DNA of 64,000 nucleotides from Camelus ferus. Taxonomy: Eukaryota. The translations under genes were made by a program, and so were the position numbers. Below, piece by piece: positions 1 through 12,684 of the stretch (positions are counted from its first letter, which is position 1; every line of letters starts with the position of its first letter). Below the pieces are notes generated by a model. That model ran no database searches. It was not told the origin of the DNA and saw only the letters and a list, made by a program, of their open reading frames with translations. The stretch covers positions 43,030,001-43,094,000 of the forward strand of contig NC_045697.1 of NCBI RefSeq assembly GCF_009834535.1. The letters are read 5' to 3'.

Positions 1-519
1 TCCTTGAGGGCAGAATGTCTACACAAATTATTTGGAATTTGCAGTGGGGCTTTGTCTCATCTCCCACTTATTAACTTACTTGGTCATTATTTATATCACT
101 ATGGACTCATGGATAATTTGTTAATACTTTGTGCTATAATTCAGTACTACTTTATTTATTATGTTCGATTTGTTCCAGTTTGGGCCATTGGGAGCTCTTT
201 TGGTTGCTCCTATGCTCTTTTTTTCTTTTCTTCTTTTTTTTGGCCAGAAAAAATTGTAGCAATTTTAATTTTGACTGGCCATATCTTAATGTACTCTTAA
301 CAGCATTAACATTAAAAAAAAATCTACACCAATTTGACAAGAAAAGGTCACTTATTTTACTTATCAATCTCTGTAAAAGAAAGCACCCCAAAACTTAGTA
401 GCTTTATTTGTTCTCATAATTCTGTGAGCTGGTTGGATTCAGCTGGATAGTTCATCTGCTCGTGTGATGTCACCTGGGGTCACACATATAGGTGTTGCTC
501 TCCTTTGATTTATTCCCAT

Positions 520-560
<41 letters not shown>

Positions 561-770
561 TGTGTACATAAGCACTTTCTTACTTTCTGGCTCTACAAGA
601 TGTTCCAAGATCTTGTCTGTTTCCTGTCCCAGTCCTGGAGTGAGCCATCTCTCCAAGAAGCCCTAGGTTCTTTCATTGAAGGAAGTATCAGAAAGCAAGA
701 TCTGAGCACTAGGTAAGCTTGTTGCTACAGGGGTGTCATTTCTTTTACACCCTTTCAGCTGACATAGGAA
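1..770 (-). mobile_element. Ancient L1 (L1MC/L1MD group) 3' UTR fragment, interrupted at ~215-490
   Basis: 1-215 (…atggactcatggata…ttgttccagtttgggccattgggagctc) and 570-770 (cactttcttactttctgg…ccatctctccaagaagccctagg…tcagctgaca) match the recalled antisense L1MC/MD 3' UTR. An MLT1-like piece at ~375-490 lies inside. Confidence 0.7.
522..565. repeat. (GT)n microsatellite
   Basis: Directly visible; one interruption. Confidence 0.97.
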
Positions 771-791
771 TTAATTTGATTTGAAACACTT

Positions 792-1203
792 CAGTGGGTT
801 GCATCATGTCCCCTCAAAATTCATGTCCACCCACCAGAAACCTCAGAATATGACCATATTTGGAAATAGGGTCTTTGCAGATGTAATTAAGATATGGGTG
901 GAGATGATGCAATTAGTGTGGTCCGTAAGTCCAACGAGAGTGTCCTTATAAGAGACAGAAAAGGGCACACAGAAGCCCAGGCAAGAAGACCATGTGAAGA
1001 GGTCATGGATATTGCTGCAAGCCAAGGATTGTGAGAAGCTAGAAGAAACAAGGAAGGATTCTCCCCTTAAGACTTTGGAGTGAATGCAGCCGTACCTTGA
1101 TTTTGGACTTCTGGACTCCAGGACTGTGAGAGAATAAGTTTCTGTTGTCTTAAGCCACCAAGGTTGTGGTACTTTATTACAACAGCCCCAGGAAGCTAAC
1201 ACA
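792..1203 (+). mobile_element. MLT1 (ERVL-MaLR) solo LTR, MLT1B/C-like
   Basis: cctcagaatatgaccatatttggaaatagggtctttgcagatgtaattaag … aataagtttctgttgtcttaagccacc…tgtggtacttt…ctaacaca; ends in CA. Confidence 0.9.
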
Positions 1204-1494
1204 GGCAGCTTATGGGTGAAGATAATCTCTTTCCCCAAGCCTGTGTGCGGCAGAGAACTCTTTGTTGCAGGGCTGAAGAGGAGGAGGAAGAGATGCTGTG
1301 TTGAAGCAGGGATGCAGTGTGCTTATAGACGAGGAAAGGCTGGTTGGTACTGTCTTTCTTCTCTGAGCAGTCTGCATTTTGAGTTTCCCAACGCCCGGTG
1401 AAGTGGTGAGAAACTGTGTTGTGATGATCTCTCTCTGTACCTCCTTATAGAAGCTCTACTGGGTTCCGACTTTGGGTGGCGAGGGAGGTAGGAG

Positions 1495-1742
1495 AGTAAC
1501 ATTCATTGAGTGTCCACTGCGTGTTGGGCACAGGACACGCGCTATCTCATTTCATCCTAACGAGAACCCTGTTTGTGCCTGTAAAGCAGGCACTATTATT
1601 ACGTGTTTTACAGGTGGGAAAACTGAGAGTCAGAGAAGTTAGGCAACTTTCCCAGAACGTACTTAGTTATACTGTGAAGCTGGAATAGAAACTTAAGTAG
1701 TCTCACCTTTAATTCCACTGACGCTCTTTCACTGCACCACCC
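1495..1742 (-). mobile_element. MIR SINE
   Basis: Antisense MIR core ttttacaggtgggaaaactgagagtcagagaagttaggcaac. Confidence 0.85.
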
Positions 1743-2211
1743 TGAGTTTCAACACGTTTTTTTCCTTTGTTTTAGTGTGACAATCACTCGATTTGAGTTA
1801 CTTTTTAAAGTTTTTCCTCTAGGGATGCTACTGTCCTAACATCAGTGAACAAGATTTAAAATCTCTTATTTTGTAAGTGATACATATTCATTATTGAGGA
1901 AAACAAGTTACAAAACTCCTAAGCAAACACTTTAGAACATGCCACCCAGAGATGATAAAACTTCATAAATAAAAATGTTTTTATGTAATTAAACTATACA
2001 TTTTGACTTGGAGTCTGCACTTCAAAATTTTTTCACTTAAAAAGTTCTTGAATGATATGTTTTTTCCTTTCTTTTCTTTTTCATTACTTTTGGCCACCAC
2101 TTTGGTTTGGATCTTTATTGCCTTTTAAAGGACAGTCTAAAAATGCCTTCGCTGGTCTTTCCATTGCTTTTCCTCACCTGATTCCTTTCATGTGACTTCC
2201 CTGCTCAGACA

Positions 2212-2247
2212 AACCAACCAACCAACCAGCCAACCAACCAACCAACA

Positions 2248-2286
<39 letters not shown>
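2212..2286. repeat. Compound (AACC)n-(AC)n microsatellite
   Basis: Directly visible. Confidence 0.97.
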
Positions 2287-2289
<3 letters not shown>

Positions 2290-2339
2290 TACAACCTCAA
2301 ACCTAAGAAACACTATTTGTGATCTCGCCCCATCTACTT

Positions 2340-2690
2340 CTTCAGCCCCGTTTCTCACTTCCTTGTGGGCATGCGCCTCAGCCATATTGGATTATTTTCT
2401 GGTTGTTGGATGTGCCATGTGCCCCCTCTTGTCAGAACCTTTGTTTTTGCTGTCTCTTTTGTGAAGGGTATGTCCTTTCCTCCATCTCCCCCTGTCAAAA
2501 CTCTTTAAGGTTCAGCTCCAAAGCCACCTTGTCAGTCATCTCTCTCCTTGCTTTGCTGTTAGCTCCTTTATCCAGAGGCAATACTGTGTGTTCTAGACGA
2601 AAAGTTCCTTGAGGGCTGTACTTGTCTTCATCTTTGTAGCTCCTGAGCATTCCTTTTGAGTACTGTACAAAGTTTACTTGAATACATAAG
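2340..2690 (+). mobile_element. L2 LINE 3' fragment
   Basis: cctcagccatattgg…tttaaggttcagctccaaagccacc…gttccttgagggc…tgtcttcatctttgta, which are typical L2 3'-end motifs. Confidence 0.65.
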
Positions 2691-4599
2691 ATAGATAGAT
2701 GTTACAGGTAGGCAGACAGATAAAGGGAGCAGTAATGATGGATATAAAGTTTACTGAATGCTAAAACTCCATAATCCTGGGCCTCATCACATTTTTAAGG
2801 TGCAGGATAAATAAGTAATCCAAAGAGAATGTTAATATCATTTCATTTAAATTTTCTTGCAATTACTGCCACCCTTGGATTAAAAAGAATCTTACTTGAT
2901 TCTTAAGTTGGCATTAAAATGACTTGGATGTTACGACATAGTAATATGCAGGGAAAGCAGAGAAATGGGAATCGTTCCTAATGCCTTCAGTGGAATTTAG
3001 ATTTATAATGACTGAAAATATTGCACTAGAAGATACTAAAGACATAGTATGTCACTTTGATTTGGCTTTTGAGAAGGATTGGGAGGTGGCTAAGAAATAA
3101 AAAAGCAGACTGTAACCACAGTAGCCTCATGTCTTTCGGGGGACAGCTTGTACCCAGCATGGAGCTGCACTGGATCTCAATTCAGAGAAGCTTAGGGCTC
3201 CTGTAGTGTTTCCCTCTTCAAAGCCCTGTGCAAACATGAACGAAGTTAATCTAATTAACTTATTAGCTTTTTAAGCTAGTGGTACCAATTAGTCACCTCA
3301 TCAGACGCTGGCTCGGTCTCATCACACAGTGCTTAGCTATAAAGGGGCTTTCATCAAAACCCCCAGGAGTGCAACGCATGGCATTTGCGTGTGTTTTCCA
3401 GAGAATGGCAAAAAGAACCATGTGCGAGGCAATTACAGGGAACCCTCTGTGGGAAAACCTCAATCACAGGGACCGTTCTCTTCACCTCTTTCAAAAAAGG
3501 AAATCACATGTTAGGTTTCAGTTGTGGAAGTAAGAACCCTTCCCTTAACTTGAGCCTGGAGAGTGATTATAAATCTCAGACTTCAATCCCTGGATGCCCA
3601 CAGCGGAGAAAGCCTCGCCGGCCACAGGGAATCAGCGAAGGTCTGGCAGTTTGGGTGGTATTTTTTTAAAGAGGGAGAAAAGGGGATTCAAGCCGAGTGC
3701 AATGAGAATAGTGATCCCAAAATACAGCACTGAAGGAAGACTTCCAGAGAGACAATGGGGTAGGAATAAATAAAAAGAAAGTTATAAATTCATCTATTTG
3801 CTCTTCCCTGACCCTTGCTTTTACTCCTCTTCACTGCAACTGCCCTGGGAAAGGCACAATACTTTCCCCCGTCACAATATTGAGAAAAATTGAAACGGGG
3901 AAGAAAGACCACCAGATGCTTTATTGTCTTAGACGTTTCCACATAATTAGCTGGGGATAAAGGGCCTCTGCATGGTTCCATTGCGTTGAATGAACTTGGA
4001 TATTGCTACACAGTAGTGTGTTTTATGATTCATGCTCTGTTATCCTGTGGCTTTTTGAAAACTGCCAGCTACTTTATCACTGCTGGCCAAGCCTGGGCCC
4101 ACCACTTAAAATGCAGCAATGCAAAGTTAACTGTGCATGACAGATGTCCATGAAATTGTTTAACACACACATACACGCTCACACGGAGCACAAAGCCGGC
4201 TCGGGCCCTCTGACGAGCCCTGCTGGCTCAATGTCCTTATTAAACGTAAATAAAAGTATAGGGCTGGGGAAGAAAGGAAAATTCAGGGAGCGACAGAAAA
4301 GAGAGCATATTTTAGACTCTGGTAACATCGGATGCATTTAGAATTTCAAAAGGCCCTTGAAAAAGTTAGAAATAATGAAGTCATTGGAAAAGCTAAGGAC
4401 TCAGGGTCCTCCAGGGAGGTTAGGTTAGGAAATTGGGTGTCTGAGGTCATCTTCTCTTCTCTCTGAAGTGGTATCACCCAAGTTTTCTGTCTCCTCCCTT
4501 CAGCCTCCAGTCCCGTGTGCCCTGGAGAACAGCTTTTTAGTATGGCCCCTCATCTGTTTTATACTTTGATGTCCCCTGTCCTAACCCTCCCATCCTTTA

Positions 4600-4935
4600 A
4601 GTCCCATGCATCTTATATTTCAACTGTCCTGCACACCCCCCTCTTCAATATCCCAAGTCCTTTCATGCCTTTGGCTTTTGCAAAAGGAATGTCCTTTAAC
4701 AGAAGGAAAGCACTTTTCTGGGGAAGCTACCCCTTCTCCACTCTAGTTTTGCAGAACAATTTTTACATTGTGACATATATTGAGTTGTAACATTGATGTA
4801 AGTGCCTGTCTCTCTTGCGAGATTTGAAGCTCTTTGAGTACAGGTGCCATGACTTACTCACCTTTGTGTGTCAGAGCTCGGTGTAGCTGCTGACGTGCAG
4901 TAGATGTTCGACCAGCATCTAGTGGACAGTGAAGC
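4600..4935 (+). mobile_element. L2 LINE 3' fragment
   Basis: gaagctctttgagtacaggtgccatgacttactcacctttgtg…gcagtagatgttc, a degenerate L2 tail. Confidence 0.55.
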
Positions 4936-5284
4936 TGAGTGGGAGCCAAGTGCAGACTTTCCCAGAGTTTCCCAGGGTGAAATGCAAGCTTCTCGGAGTT
5001 TCCTGCAGTAAGGCTGCCTTCACCTTGTCGTGTGCATGTTACTTTTCAGCAGTGATATTTCTCAGAAAACCCTGATGGCTTATGTTTCTGGGTGGAAATC
5101 ACTCAGAAAGGGTAAGGGGTTCAAGTGGACAGGAGCTAGGACTGAGATGGGTCAGGGTAGAGAAAAGCTCCAACCCCGGACAGCGCTGTCCCAGGGCAGG
5201 CTGTGAAGGGGTGCCCCGTTTTGGACAATGGCATGTGGTGCTCGAAGGTTTTACCCTTTCTCTCTGAATCTTTCAGTCACACCT

Positions 5285-5488
5285 GGCTTGCCTTGGGGTT
5301 TGTCTTCGTCATCTCTTCTCACAAGGACCCTGGTCCTGTTGGATGAGGGCTCCACCCTTATGACCTCGTTTGACCTTAATGACTGCCTTACAGGCACCAT
5401 TTCCAAATACGGCCACACTGAGGATTAGGGCTTCAATAATAAATGTGGTGGTTGAGGAGGGGGAGACACAAACATTCAGTCCGTATCA
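5285..5488 (-). mobile_element. MLT1A/B LTR fragment
   Basis: Antisense LTR 5' half: gggctccacccttatgacctcgtttgaccttaatgact…ttccaaatacggccacactgaggattagggcttcaa…cacaaacattcagtccgtatca. Confidence 0.85.
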
Positions 5489-7081
5489 GGGATGTCTGTA
5501 GAAAGTTGCCATTGAAGTTTTTGGGTAATTAAATGAAGCTCCAAGTAGAGTATCATGTAGCAGCCAAGGGAGGCAGAGAACTTTCCTCAGTAAGTCTAGA
5601 GTTTACCTGAGAGGCTACCTATCGTCCAGCCTGACTCTGCCTTGGCGCCTCCCACTTGTACCTCCTCTTCTTCCCCCTTCCCTGCCATGAGTTCTCCTGG
5701 CACTCACGACTCTCAGTCAGAGAAGCAAATGCTGACTCACTTCCAGAGGAGAACACTCGTGGTTCAGATCTTCATGCTCTCTTTCTCTCTTCCTTACACC
5801 TCATTCTTTTGATCAAAATTTACCTTTTGTTTCCTTTAGTTGGGAGCATCTGTTCCTCACTCCTCATGTGATTCTTGGTGGAAGTGGTTGCTAAAAACTC
5901 TGTGTTTTAATGCACCCAGGGATTGCAGATTTGCATTTTATTATGTCCTTATGGGGTTAGCAGCTTATAACTCTCTCTAGAGGAGGGACTCCAGTGATGG
6001 AAATCTTAAGCACCAGAAGAGGATTCTGTAGGAGTCTGTTAGCAATGGGGAGAAGAGGAGACTCACCCCAGCAGGCAGCCATCTCGTGTGTCCGTGCATG
6101 GGCATCTGCTCTTTTCTAAAGCTCTTCAGTGTTCACAGTCAACCAACAATAATCAAAAAATGCCCTCATAAAAAAAGGCCAGGGGAAGCACATACTCACA
6201 GTGCTGGAATAGAAACATGGGGTAATATAAGCATAAATACAGTGTACTGTGAAGAAACGACCTTCAGAATCTCTAGACTTTTTTTGAAATACAAAAGCAA
6301 AGAACTCTGTGGAAACAAAATGAGGAAACTTCAGCAGAATTTCACTGTGAGGATTTTGAGTTTTCATTCTCCATTTTCCCTCCCTCTTTTCCTTAACTTA
6401 TGACATTAAGGAGAAAGGCAACCCCCTCCGCTGGCTGGCGGCCAGCAGTCAGCCCCAGTTGAGTTGGCGGGGCTCTGCGTGATGGGACGTACTTACGTAG
6501 CGTCCCAGCTCCCCTCCTTCCTGAAAGCGGGGTTTCAGCAAAGCTTTGCAAGGGAGTTTAGTCTTTTGTGCTGTGGCAGCCTAATCCACGGTTTACAAAG
6601 AGCCTCTTGATAAATCGGAATACTCCTGTACCCAAGAGCCACAACTCAGAGGGGAGGGGACTCATGGACGCCTTCCCCCCAAGTCCAAGAGGTTAATTTT
6701 TAGGCTTTTGTTGACATCTTTCCTTATGATTATACATTGTTGTTCTTTATGAGAGATTAATGTCTCAAAAAAGGGAATATGCTTCTGATAATGGTCTTTT
6801 AATCTGGAGTGGTTTAATGTGCCTTGTAAAGTCCTTTCTGGTATGTTTTTAAGATTGTGCACTGAAGGATTATTCGTATTTATATGTGGTTAGAAATACT
6901 TGAGTAAAAAAGAAAAAAACTCTAAACTTTTTGCTTAACTTTCACAACTTATCATTATTAAAAGAATCAAACTCTATGTTTCCTTATAAACCTTACCCCT
7001 CTGGAGAAGCATAAAGGATCTCACTAGGGTGCTGATTAAATCTTGGGGAGAGAACCGAAAATGTATGAGGTCTCCAGATGC

Positions 7082-7300
7082 TCATGTGCGCGTGTTTGTG
7101 TAAATGTTGTGAGTATGTGAGTTGTGTGGGGGTCGGATGTGTATTATGCATGTGAGTCGTGAGCATGTGGGGATTGTGTGCATTTTTTGCATGTTGGAGT
7201 GTGTGCGTTTGCATGGGGGCTGTGGGCGTGTGTGGGCTGGGTGTGAGTGTGGGGACCGTGTGAGTGTGTGTCTGTGTGTCTATGTGCGGACTGTGGGTGG
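7082..7300. repeat. Degenerate (TG)-rich low-complexity tract
   Basis: Directly visible imperfect GT/TG repeats. Confidence 0.85.
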
Positions 7301-8574
7301 CCTGCTCAACATTTTGGTGGATGTTTCATTCCCACCCCTTTTACTGTGACCCTGGTCAGACCACTTTTATACCCGTGACAGCTTCATGAAGCACGAAACA
7401 TGGAGCAATACATGGCATGAAATTGGCAACAAAGCCAAGCAAAAGGAGGAACAATTCTCTGGCAGGATGTGTTCACAATATGGCTGATTGGATCTGGAAG
7501 CAGATGCCAGCAGCGGGTATTGTCCCGGTGACTGAAAAGACATGACCCCTGAGAAACCGAAGACAAGGAGACTCTCCTCCCGAACCAAGAGGGAGGGGAG
7601 AAGAGGTGAAACCAATGAATAAATCAGGCAATGAAAACCGGGGAGAAAAGAAAATGCTAACGAGGACTTTTTATGGGGAAAAGGGGGCAGTTCAGTATGC
7701 AGTCGCTCCGGCTCCCCGGCTAGCTGAACACTTTCTCAGACAATGGCTTTTTAACAGATGGGAGACCCAGTGAAAGAAGCCAACTTTTGCGCAGTGGAGA
7801 ATCCCTGTTTGTTTAGTCTGCTGCTGGGCAGGTGTCTAGAGAAAGGCGATCCAGCAGGTTAAGTGCTTCGGTGCCAGCTTCATACAGAGCAGCCAGGATG
7901 TCAGAGGCGACTGGTTTTAGTGGGGAGGACTGGGCTTCTTAGACCAGTTTGTGAAATTCTGCAGAAAGGAAGTGGACTGGAAGCTGCCTTCTCAAGTCCA
8001 GCTCTCCCCCCTCGCTCTCCCCCTGCTCACTCCCTCACCTCTCTCTCTCCCAGCCCTGGGGCCAAAAACCCTGTTGAAGAGCTGTCCATCAAGTAAAGGA
8101 TGAAGGAGGGATGGGAACACTGCATAGTATGCATTCTCAAACCAAACGTCATATTTCTAAACACACGAGGTAGATTAGGTGGGTTGAAAAGTGCAGTGTA
8201 ATCTTAGTTTTGTCAAATGGTCTCCCTGAAATTTTAAATGTACTGGAGAAGGCTTTGCCTTGTCCAGCGTATTCTAAAGCTATTGAGATTTGCTCACTGC
8301 CCCCAAAGTTCTCGTCTTGGCTTCCGGTAGTGTCCAGCGCTGTGAACTGGCTGGAGGATTTTGAGAAGATAAATCGGAGCTTGGGCTGGAAGTCTGCGGA
8401 CCCACTCTTCCAGCTCAGTGGCCTTGCCCTCCCGAGATTCTCAAGAAGGTGAGGTCACACTTGTGGAAGACAAGTGGGGTGTTCTGTTTTGTAGAGAGGA
8501 AGTGTTCGGAAGCTTCTCCCTCATTCCTGAATGTACATATGACAGAGGCCAAAAGAATGTCCAGGTAGGAACCT

Positions 8575-8770
8575 GGGGCTTGGTTTCTAGCCTTAATGAT
8601 ACCATGAAGAGCTATTAGTACATGGTCAGGGGCGAAATGAAGGACCTGAGTTAGGTGGGTGGTGGGGATTTGACTCCCTTTTATTTGTGAGACGTGAATT
8701 GTATAAAATGGGAACAACAGCCCCACCGACTTCCTTACCCCTCACTACCACATGATCCTCGTGAAGAGGG
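8575..8770 (+). mobile_element. MIR SINE, degenerate
   Basis: ttggtttctagcc…gtataaaatgggaacaacagccccaccgacttcc, a weak match to the MIR core. Confidence 0.45.
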
Positions 8771-9444
8771 TTTGATTCTCCATTTTCAATCACTTTATTC
8801 CTAACAGTGTAACAAAGGCATTATCATGTGGGTCAGTATTTGCCTCACTCTTGAGACATGGTTCACCAGGGCTGGAAGCTTATAACTGAAGCAGTTCTGG
8901 TCACAGGCCTCCAGAAGGCAGGGCTTGGACATTCATAAGACAAAGGCCATTTTGAAAAGGCTGGAGAGAATGGTTATTGGAAACTGTAAAGGAAATGAAA
9001 GACATCTCATTACATGTTAATAATGGGGTTTAATACTTCATTTCTGTGCGATCTTATGAAATCTATCTTATTTTATAAAAATTTTAAAAAGAATTAACTT
9101 CCTTTTCCATGGAGTTATCAGTTTGCTTGCTATTAATGGCTTTACAATATGTTGAATGCTTTTGACATAAGACCAAGTACCTCAATTAGCGTTATCAAAA
9201 ATGTGTGCAAACAGCCAGGTTTGAAGAGACATAGGACAGAGCCCTGTCCTGAGGACCCGTGAGACTCCGTCTCAATAAATACTTTACTCTTTCACTTCTT
9301 CCTTTGTGATGGATCAGATATCACAAAAAGAGCATGCTTAAGGTGGATCAGGGGAGCCACAAGGGACGCGAATACTGGGACATTTTCCTGCAGTATTTTC
9401 TCTGAATGTCATTCCTGAATAGCAACATTGATGATGACAAAATT

Positions 9445-9682
9445 ACAGCTGTCATTTATTGGGAACATACAATGTCAAAGCACTGTGCTAAGTGGTTTAA
9501 ATAACCGTTAAATTCTCCCATCCTCTCCAGGAGATTTCTCTTATATTATTCCCATTTTATACATGAGATCTTAGCTTAGAAAGTTTAAGAAACTTCTAGT
9601 CTTTTCATAAGCGGCAGAGCTTGGATTTAAGCTCAGTGCTGTCTGACTTCAAAGCCATGTTTTCTAACCATTTTACCCTGTT
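9445..9682 (-). mobile_element. MIR SINE
   Basis: catttattggg…cactgtgctaag…attattcccattttatac…ggcagagcttggatttaagctcag…tctgacttcaaagcc. Confidence 0.85.
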
Positions 9683-10032
9683 GCTTAGTTCTGCAAGGCT
9701 TATAACGAAGAATGTATTTCTTTGTTTAAAACTTATTTATCTGATATCTACTATGTGAAAAGCAAAGCATGTAAAAATCACAGGTGAGATTTTAATTAAG
9801 TAACAAATCTTAGGAGGGTCCTGCGGTGAAACACAAAGTGACCGAATCTTGATGTATTTTGTCAACTGCATGAACCCCAGATGAAGAGAGACAGAAACGT
9901 CAATGACTTTATGTGCCAGTTCTAGTTATCTGTGTCTGCACAGCGGTTTCACAGAATTATTTCAAAAGGTTGAAAAATATGTGCTTTCACTATCTTCTTC
10001 ATCAACAAAGCAATGACGTAGAAGTCTATTTT

Positions 10033-10239
10033 TTATTTTTTTTAATCAGGTGTAGTTGGTTTACAATATGTTAATCTCTGGTGTACAGCATGGTGATTCA
10101 GGTATATATATATATATATATACACACATCTATATATTTCTTTTCAGATTCTTTTTCATTATAGGCTGTTACAAGGTATTGAATATAATTCCCTGTGCTA
10201 TACAGTGAGACCTTGCTGTTTATCTATTTTATATATAGT
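10033..10239 (-). mobile_element. 5'-truncated artiodactyl-type L1 3' end with target-site duplication
   Basis: T-rich tail followed by gtagttggtttacaatatg…ttgaatataattccctgtgctatacag…tttatctattttatatatagt. AGTCTATTTT is duplicated at 10023-10032 and 10240-10249. Similar to the 3' end of the L1 at 44.06 kb. Confidence 0.88.
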
Positions 10240-10849
10240 AGTCTATTTTATTCTTGGTTATTCTTTCAACAACAACTCAAAAAGATTTAGAGTAAAGATT
10301 TTTAGTGGTTGAAGTGATTATTGACATGCCAAAACAAGATGAATGCTGAAATTCTCCAGGTAGGTGCTGTCCTCAAGCACCAAGCTGATTCTGCATTAAT
10401 AAAGGGCTTTTCGGTGGAGATGGAGGTTTCTGGTCTTACGTGTCATTCCTGTCAAGCTCCTCAGTCAGCGGCCTTCCCGTGGTCCCTGCATCACATTTGA
10501 CATTCAGATTCAGTGTGAACATGATTCCATATTTTGAATGAAAAAAACTATTTGAGATTTTCAGAAGAAAACAGGAATGGAGTCTCCTGCTATCTTTGTT
10601 AAGTGTTTATGTGGGATGTGGCTATACAGTTCTTAACCACTACGAAGATGAGGGGACACAGAAAGGAAACTAGTGATCTTGTCTAAACATCAGTTGGAAG
10701 AAGAATGCTCAGGTCAAGTCTCTGTGTTTACAAACTAAGATTTGGAAATAGGTGATTCAAAGATCCCATTTAATCAAAATCCAGTTGAGAAAGAACTTGA
10801 CTTCTACAACCTTAACTCCATTCTGTTGTATGGCAGAGATTTGGGCAAA

Positions 10850-11021
10850 TGTTTCTATTGGTGTTTTGTAAATACTTATTAGATAGTTGTTGAAAGAATG
10901 AATGAATGCACACCTTCTCTTCCATTAGCCTAGACTGAATGTTCCTTGAAGGCACAGACCAGCTTCTGTCTTTTACTGGTCTTAGCCATGTGCTGCACAC
11001 TACACTTTAGTTGAATGAATA
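10850..11021 (+). mobile_element. L2 3' tail fragments
   Basis: tagactgaatgttccttgaaggcacagacc and gaatgaatgaatg tails. Confidence 0.6.
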
Positions 11022-11024
11022 CAT

Positions 11025-11160
11025 TTATTATCCCCATTTTACAGGCAAAGAAACCAAGACAGGGAAAGGTTAAATAATTAGGCTTGTCACACAAGTAACA
11101 AGTGTTGGAGGGTCAGGATCCGAATCCTGGTTTCAGAGCAGGAGCTCTTAGCCGTAATGA
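11025..11160 (-). mobile_element. MIR SINE
   Basis: ttattatccccattttacaggcaaagaaaccaagacagggaaaggttaaataa. Confidence 0.8.
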
Positions 11161-11199
11161 TAATGTACGGCAGATGAAAGACCCCTGTAAAGTCTTTAA

Positions 11200-11710
11200 C
11201 CATCCTCTTATCTAGAGTTGAAATGTTTGCCTCCCTCCCCCTGCATCTGCGTCAGTTCTGTGACTTCCTGGGTCCATAGAATATAGAGGAGATAATAGTA
11301 TCAACCATTTCTGGGTCTAGGATTTAAAAGATTGGCTGTTTTTACTTCCTGTCTCTTTAGGGTACTTGAGGCGCCATGTGAACAGTCTGACTACCCTGGT
11401 AGTCTTGCAAAGGGGCTCCAGCTGAGATTCCAGCTGCGTCTGGCTTTCCAGACATCCCCACTAAAACACTAGACACATGACTGAAGCCATCCAGTCTAGC
11501 CCCTCTGCCAGCCGAGTACCACCAAGGGACCTCAGTCAATGCCATGTGGAAACACAAGAAACTTCTAGCTGGGTTCTGAATTCCTGACCCATGGAATTGT
11601 GAGATACAGAAAAATTTAACAAGGATGATGATGACACCACCACCACAACTTGTAGTATTGGCCACTAAGTTTGGGGTAGTTTATTATGTATAGCAATAGA
11701 TAACTGAGAA
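11200..11710 (+). mobile_element. MLT1 (G/H-like) solo LTR
   Basis: gccatgtgaacagtctgactaccctgg…gaattcctgacccatggaattgtgagata…gccactaagtttggggtagtttattatgtatagcaatagataactgag. Confidence 0.8.
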
Positions 11711-11994
11711 GGAGGTATATTTATGAATGGAAAGGTGTGGAAATACACAGACCTCAAGATGGAAGAATACTGTGTGAGGAAAAAGATAGAATTAATATTG
11801 TTGTTGGAAGTTACTATAAACTTAGTCATATAGGTGATTTAGATCATGCTTTCTTGACACAGAGGCAAAATATAGTGAAGATGAATGACTTATCCTGCTA
11901 AGATGGAGTATGTGAGTAAATCTGGACTCTTTGCTAGTAATTTAGTTTCTTAGGTGGTAGAGGATGGAACAGAGAGCTGATCCTTAACTTCAGG

Positions 11995-12150
11995 CTTCTA
12001 CCTGGAGGTCTAACAGGTGTCTCAAATTTAACATGTCCAATACCAACGCCAAGTTTTCAGTTTTTCTTCCTCAGACTACTTCTCCTTCAGTCTTACATAT
12101 TTCAACAGATGACAACCATATTTTCCAGTTTCTCAGGTTCAAAACTTTGA
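11995..12150 (+). mobile_element. L2 fragment
   Basis: cctggaggtctaacaggtgtctcaaatttaacatgtccaatacc. Confidence 0.75.
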
Positions 12151-12684
12151 AGTTTTTGACTAAACCCATATCTAGTATTCACTCCATCTGCATTTTTATC
12201 TACATTACCTTCAAATTGTAGCAATTCTAGGGGAAAGTAACAAGTTTTGTGCGGGGGAAAAAAAATGAGTACCATGGTCAATTATGTTTGAAAAATTGAT
12301 GAGTTTTTATTTTTTTGTAAGATTAAAAAAGTAGGGCCACTCCAGTTTAGGATAACATGCTTTATGATTCAGGCAGTTTTTCTTCTCCCCAAATTATTTG
12401 ACTAGGATTACTGTTACATGGAATTAACTTGGGGAAAACTTCTCTAGGCACTGTATATCCTATATTCAGTAAAGTATTTAATAGTTTTTATGACATTGTT
12501 GTGGACATGGAAGACGAAGAAATGTAGGATGCATGACAATATCGTCAATGGTTTACATCTGGTCAAAGAAACAGTTACAAAAAGTGTAAAGAGATCGATT
12601 TCAGAATGGAGAGTTTTGTTTTGTTTTGCTTTTTTGGTGGCCATGCTTGCTGTTTTAATTCCTGGATTAAATGGCAATGTGGCA

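Noticed and set aside
8414..8454. 35-nt micro-exon pattern (ttccag|…AAG|gtgagg)
   Set aside because: Not frame-preserving, no recognisable peptide, and such patterns are common by chance.
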